Shown here: positions 59,635-64,000 of the stretch, piece after piece
Layout of the letters: each line of letters opens with the position of its first letter
Numbering within the stretch: the first letter of the stretch is position 1
DNA from: Candidatus Latescibacterota bacterium
Lineage (GTDB): Bacteria; Latescibacterota; UBA2968; GCA-2709665
Direction: 5' to 3'
DNA: 64,000 bases
Assembly: GCA_965222075.1 (NCBI GenBank)
Contig: OZ244937.1
Location: 2,080,001-2,144,000 of the forward strand
Notes under the pieces: model-generated
What the model saw: only the letters and a program-made list of their open reading frames with translations
What the model was told of the DNA's origin: nothing
Databases searched by the model: none
Program-made: the position numbers and the translations under genes

Positions 59635-60828
59635 ATGCCCGCTTCCCAACACCCGATGCGCCGGGTCTGGTACATCACCTTCACCCACACTGCGGTGGAC
59701 TTCTACATGACCCTCTTCCCACCGCTTCTGGCCCTGTTCAAGGCCCATTTCGCCCTCTCCCTGGTCCAGGCCTCCCTGCTCCCAACCGTCGTTTCGGTCT
59801 TCGGCTCCATGCCCCAGCCCTTCCTGGGCTACCTGGGCGACCGGACCAACCGGATGGCCCTGGCCGCTCTGGGCGTGTGCATCTCCGGGATCTTCATCTC
59901 GGCCATCTGCTTCGTCCCCTCGGCCCCCGTCCTTGCCCTCTTCCTGCTCATGGCAGCGCTGGGCTCTTCCCTCTTTCACCCCACCGGGGGCGGCCTGGTG
60001 ACCGCCTTTGCCCCCCAACGCTCAAACCTTGCCCTGGCCATCTTTCTCACCGGCGGTCCCTTCGGCATGGCCATGGCCCCCGTCATCGCCACCCAAATCG
60101 TCGAACGCTACGGCCTGGGACACCTCTGGATACTCGTCTTCCCCTCCCTGATCGCAGCAGCCCTCCTCTTCCGCCTCTCCCGCACCCAGAGCATCCAGGG
60201 GACCTCTCCGTCAGGCCGCCGCATCAACCTTGCGCACCTCCGAACCGCAGCGATGCGCCCCCTCTGGACCCTCTACGCCATCGCCGTTTTCCGCTCCCTC
60301 GTTCACGCTGTCTACGTCAGCTTTCTCTCCCTCCTGGGTGAGGACAGGGGCTGGACCATCGGAAGTATCGGCTGGACCCTCTCGGCCTACCTCGTGGCCA
60401 GCACAATCGGCCGCATGGCAGGGGGATACGTTGGCGATCGCGTCTCCCCCCGTAAGCTCCTCACGCTTTCCAACGCCCTGTCCCCCCTCATCTATATCGG
60501 CTTCTGTTCCACAACCGGCCCGGCCGCCCTCCCCCTCCTCTGCCTGGCTGCATTCACCTTCGACACGGGTGCAACCACCAACATCATCCTGGCCCAGCGC
60601 CTCCTCCCCCAAAACACCAGCACCGCCACCGGTATGGTCATGGGGTTTTCCTGGGGGACGGCCGGCCTCCTCATCCCCCTGGTCGGCATGCTGGCCGAAG
60701 CCACCTCGGTCCCCTTCGCGCTCGCCTGCGTCTCCGGCCTCCTCCTGCCCACAACCACGCTCGTCGCCGCCCTGCCCCCCGAACAACAGCAGGCATACGA
60801 ACCCGCCGTTGCCCTGGAAACCGACTGA
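59635..60828 (+). CDS. MFS transporter (Fsr-like)
   Basis: HTAVDFY, QPFLGYLGDR, GSSLFHP, GGYVGDR; ~12 hydrophobic segments. Confidence 0.9.
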   Translation: MPASQHPMRRVWYITFTHTAVDFYMTLFPPLLALFKAHFALSLVQASLLPTVVSVFGSMPQPFLGYLGDRTNRMALAALGVCISGIFISAICFVPSAPVLALFLLMAALGSSLFHPTGGGLVTAFAPQRSNLALAIFLTGGPFGMAMAPVIATQIVERYGLGHLWILVFPSLIAAALLFRLSRTQSIQGTSPSGRRINLAHLRTAAMRPLWTLYAIAVFRSLVHAVYVSFLSLLGEDRGWTIGSIGWTLSAYLVASTIGRMAGGYVGDRVSPRKLLTLSNALSPLIYIGFCSTTGPAALPLLCLAAFTFDTGATTNIILAQRLLPQNTSTATGMVMGFSWGTAGLLIPLVGMLAEATSVPFALACVSGLLLPTTTLVAALPPEQQQAYEPAVALETD

Positions 60829-60916
60829 GCCTATGTCTGCCCCACACAACACCCGGCCCTACCCCACCGGCCTGACCCCCCCAAAGCCCATCCCCTTCTC
60901 CTCCCGGGGGGACAGG

Positions 60917-63900
60917 GTGCGGCTTCGTAGCTTTCGTAGGAGAGGCGCAGCGATGGGCGGTTTCGTGGCTTTCGTGATCCTGTCTACCGCCTCTCCCACC
61001 CCCGCCCAGCCCACCTATTCCCCCGGCCAGATCCTGGTCAAATTTCGAGCCGCTGCCCCCAAACCCACTGCCGGCACCCTGCAGAACCTTGCCCGGCGCT
61101 ACGGGGTCCACGCTGTTGAGCCTCTCTTCTCCCGCCGCTCCGGCCTCTCCAAGCCCGTCGCACCCTTCGGCCGGATCTACCGCCTCCGGATCGATCCTGG
61201 CGCAAATCCCCGGGAGGCCGCTGCGGCTTATGCCGCGCACCCCGGCGTTGTCTACGCTCAGCCCAACCACCTGTTCCGACCGCACCAGGCGCCCAACGAC
61301 CCTCAGTACGGCAGCCAGACCGGCCTGTCCATCATCCGCTGGCAGAACCTCTGGGAGGGCCTCGGCCCCAAACGTCAGGAGGTTGTCCTTGCTATCATAG
61401 ACTCCGGGGTCGACCACACCCACGAAGACCTTGCCGACAACATCTGGATCAATTCCGTCGAAGCCGGGGGACGCCCTGGAGTGGACGACGACGGCAATGG
61501 GTACATCGATGACATCCGGGGGTGGGACTTCTCAGACGCCCCCGACCTCCCCGGCAGGGGGGACTATCTCACCCCGGACAACGACCCCGCCGATGAATCG
61601 GGCCATGGCACCCACGTGGCCGGAATCGCCGGCGGGGTCGCCAACAACAGCGTTGGCATCGCCGGCGTTGCGCCCGATACCAGGCTTATGGCCCTCCGCG
61701 CGGGTGTGACGCTCCAGTCCGGCGGCACCTTCCTGGAAGAGGACGACCTGGCCGCCGCCATCCTCTACGCGGTCGACAACGGCGCCCACATCGCCAACCT
61801 GAGCTGGGGCGCACCCGAACGCGCCTTCCTCATTGAAGACGCCGTGCGGTACGCCGCCGACAGCGGCCTTATCCTTGTGGCCTCCTCGGGAAACTCCGGA
61901 GCGTCGGGAGTCGCCTATCCCGCCGCCGCCGACGAGACCATCGCTGTTTCCGCAACCGACCGGAGTGACCGTATCGCCGGTTTCAGCAGCCGTGGGGTAC
62001 CCCTCGACCTGGCCGCCCCCGGCGCAAATATCCTGAGCACCCAGCCGGGAAACGCCTACAGCCGCCGCTCCGGCACCTCTTTCTCGGCCCCTTTCGTCTC
62101 GGGCCTGGCCGCCCTGCTCCTTTCCAGGCGGCCGGGCCTCACGCCCGAGCAGGTCCGCTCCGGCCTCACCGGCGCAACCGCCGACCTGGGCACCCCCGGC
62201 TGGGACGACGACTTCGGCGCGGGCAGAATCGACGCTGCTGCGCTCCTCTCCATCCTCGCACAGCCGCAGACGCCTCCAACCGTCCGCATCCATGCCCCCC
62301 GCACCGACCATGCCGCCCAAACCTACTTTGAAGTCACTGCGCAGGCCTCGGGCTCAAACCTCACCGCCTACCGGCTCTCCTGGGGCCTGGGGCATAGTCC
62401 CCGCTCCTGGAATCTCCTCAAGAACGGTCCCCCATACGCCGAGATCCGCCTCCGGTGGCACGTCTCGTCCCTTCCCGACACCGCGGCCGTACTCCGCTTA
62501 GAGGCGGACCTGAGCGGGGGCCGCACCCTCGAAGACCGCGTCCTCGTCTCGGTTCGTCCTGCGCCCCCGGCGATTTCCGGCATCGCGTTTCATCCCATTC
62601 TCGTGGGGCCCCACATGGCCTACCAGGTCCGATGGACAACCGACCGGCCCGCCGAAGGCTTCCTCCTCTACCGGCCCGCCGGGGCGGCCGAAGAAGACAC
62701 CCTCGCTTCATTCGCCGTCAATCGCGCTCAGAGGGTGACCCTGTCCGGACACCTGCCGGCCGGCCCCCTGCGCTACCGCATTCTGGCCCGGGGTGCCTCC
62801 GGCCAGACGGCTCTCACCGACCCCGACACCTTCGTGGTTGCGCCCCTTGGCATCCCCCAGGCTGGCTACGCTGAAGTCGCCGCCCTCCCCAACGGCTTCC
62901 TGGCGGATCGGCCCGCTGACTTCGACGGGGACGGACGCCCTGAAATCGTCCTGATGCCCTACATCCAGGGCACGCCCTTCAGCCCCCCGCAGATCCTGGA
63001 ACGGAAGGACGACGGCACCTTTCAACAGGTCTTTGAAAGCGAGAGAACCTTCCTACCCTGGAGCATCGGCGACGCCGACAACAACGGCGCCCCCGACCTC
63101 CTGGGCGCAGACGTGGTCCGCCTCCGGCTCTTCACCGGGACTGAAACCGACCCCTTCCCCTCCACCCGGATCCTGGACCGCACCCGGACCCGGGGTGGCG
63201 AAATCGCCGACCTGGACAACGACGGCAAAAATGAAATCCTCGCCCGGTCCAGCGCCGACCGCGGCATCCTCATCCTCAAACGCGGAGACGACGGCGCCTT
63301 CATCGAATCCGCCTTTCTCCCCGATCCCACCGCCGGTTCGGGTGACCTGGGCCCCCGCTTTGTGATCGCCGACCTGGACAACGACGGCAGAAACGAAATC
63401 CTGATCGGCGATGCCGACGGCGACCTCTGGACCTACGAAACCGACGGCAGTGGCGGGTACACCGCCGCCTGGAAGCTGGAGGGAGACGACAACACCAGCG
63501 CCGGCTGGGTCGGCGGCGGCGCCGACCTGGACAACGACGGCGTCCTCGAATTCGCCGTTGCCCGCGCGGCCGAAGAAAAGGACGACCCCCTCAACGGCGT
63601 CTGGGACCTCGAAATCTACAGCGCAACCGGCCCGGATGCCTACACCCTGGAATGGACCACCCGAATCGCCGGCGTCATCACCACCGGCAACGGCATCGCC
63701 GCTGGCGACACCGACGGCGACGGCACCCCCGACCTGGCCGTCTGCCTCCTGCCCGACCTCTACCTGTTCCGGTCGGACGGTCCGGACGCCTACCGCCCCA
63801 TCTGGCACAGCCGGGCCGACCTCACCCACCGCCCCATCGTCGCCGACTTAGACGCCAACGGCCGTCCCGAAATCCTTTTCAACCGGGACGGCGCCGTCCG

Positions 63901-64000
63901 CATCTTCGAACGGACCGCTCCGCCCGCCGACGCCGTCGCGCCTCAGATCCTCGGTGCGCGTCCCCTCGGTCCCGACCGCGTCCGGCTGAACTGGACCGCC
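60917..64000 (+). CDS. Secreted S8 subtilisin-like protease with FG-GAP repeats (runs off window)
   Basis: Absent from ORF track. Hand translation: signal peptide (GTG 60917 or ATG 60953), PGQILVKF propeptide, triad IIDSG / GHGTHVAG / SGTSFSAP, then DFDGDG and DLDNDG repeats. Confidence 0.9.
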   Translation, partial: MRLRSFRRRGAAMGGFVAFVILSTASPTPAQPTYSPGQILVKFRAAAPKPTAGTLQNLARRYGVHAVEPLFSRRSGLSKPVAPFGRIYRLRIDPGANPREAAAAYAAHPGVVYAQPNHLFRPHQAPNDPQYGSQTGLSIIRWQNLWEGLGPKRQEVVLAIIDSGVDHTHEDLADNIWINSVEAGGRPGVDDDGNGYIDDIRGWDFSDAPDLPGRGDYLTPDNDPADESGHGTHVAGIAGGVANNSVGIAGVAPDTRLMALRAGVTLQSGGTFLEEDDLAAAILYAVDNGAHIANLSWGAPERAFLIEDAVRYAADSGLILVASSGNSGASGVAYPAAADETIAVSATDRSDRIAGFSSRGVPLDLAAPGANILSTQPGNAYSRRSGTSFSAPFVSGLAALLLSRRPGLTPEQVRSGLTGATADLGTPGWDDDFGAGRIDAAALLSILAQPQTPPTVRIHAPRTDHAAQTYFEVTAQASGSNLTAYRLSWGLGHSPRSWNLLKNGPPYAEIRLRWHVSSLPDTAAVLRLEADLSGGRTLEDRVLVSVRPAPPAISGIAFHPILVGPHMAYQVRWTTDRPAEGFLLYRPAGAAEEDTLASFAVNRAQRVTLSGHLPAGPLRYRILARGASGQTALTDPDTFVVAPLGIPQAGYAEVAALPNGFLADRPADFDGDGRPEIVLMPYIQGTPFSPPQILERKDDGTFQQVFESERTFLPWSIGDADNNGAPDLLGADVVRLRLFTGTETDPFPSTRILDRTRTRGGEIADLDNDGKNEILARSSADRGILILKRGDDGAFIESAFLPDPTAGSGDLGPRFVIADLDNDGRNEILIGDADGDLWTYETDGSGGYTAAWKLEGDDNTSAGWVGGGADLDNDGVLEFAVARAAEEKDDPLNGVWDLEIYSATGPDAYTLEWTTRIAGVITTGNGIAAGDTDGDGTPDLAVCLLPDLYLFRSDGPDAYRPIWHSRADLTHRPIVADLDANGRPEILFNRDGAVRIFERTAPPADAVAPQILGARPLGPDRVRLNWTA

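Noticed and set aside
1-64000. tRNA, rRNA, riboswitch, prophage or defence genes
   Set aside because: None recognised by eye; tRNAscan-SE and Infernal/Rfam would be needed to exclude small RNAs.

Overview
GC-rich bacterial window. Gene content (three DUF6785-like membrane proteins, heparinase II/III-like proteins without signal peptides, TonB receptor + CTD protein + PorV triads) suggests an FCB-superphylum organism such as Ca. Latescibacterota; this is inference. About 0.5-49.3 kb is a glycan-utilisation-like island dominated by two direct, mosaic-diverged copies of a ~15 kb module (4494-~19800 and 28932-~44150, initial offset 24438 bp). Each module contains a divergent heparinase-like gene, a soluble beta-propeller/Y_Y_Y-fused sigma54 activator, a putative UAS and -24/-12 promoter, a STAS gene, a TonB-dependent receptor, a secreted protein with a T9SS-like CTD, a PorV-like barrel and a heparinase-like gene. 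The copy-1 receptor is split by a +1 C in a C5 run. Copy 2 has a truncated lyase, a damaged STAS gene, an extra lyase and a 19-codon remnant of the PHP hydrolase gene. The spacer between the copies holds a PHP hydrolase, a ceramidase-like hydrolase, a DUF6785-like gene, a homocysteine methyltransferase and three mobile-element scars. 49.3-64 kb is ordinary metabolic content (modA, GH113-like, TrpD-like, AlkP, PTP, FAD oxidoreductase, nitroreductase, GT9, CbiX, MFS) plus an S8 protease running off the end. No rRNA, tRNA or CRISPR array was seen. All family calls are by motif recognition; no searches were run.
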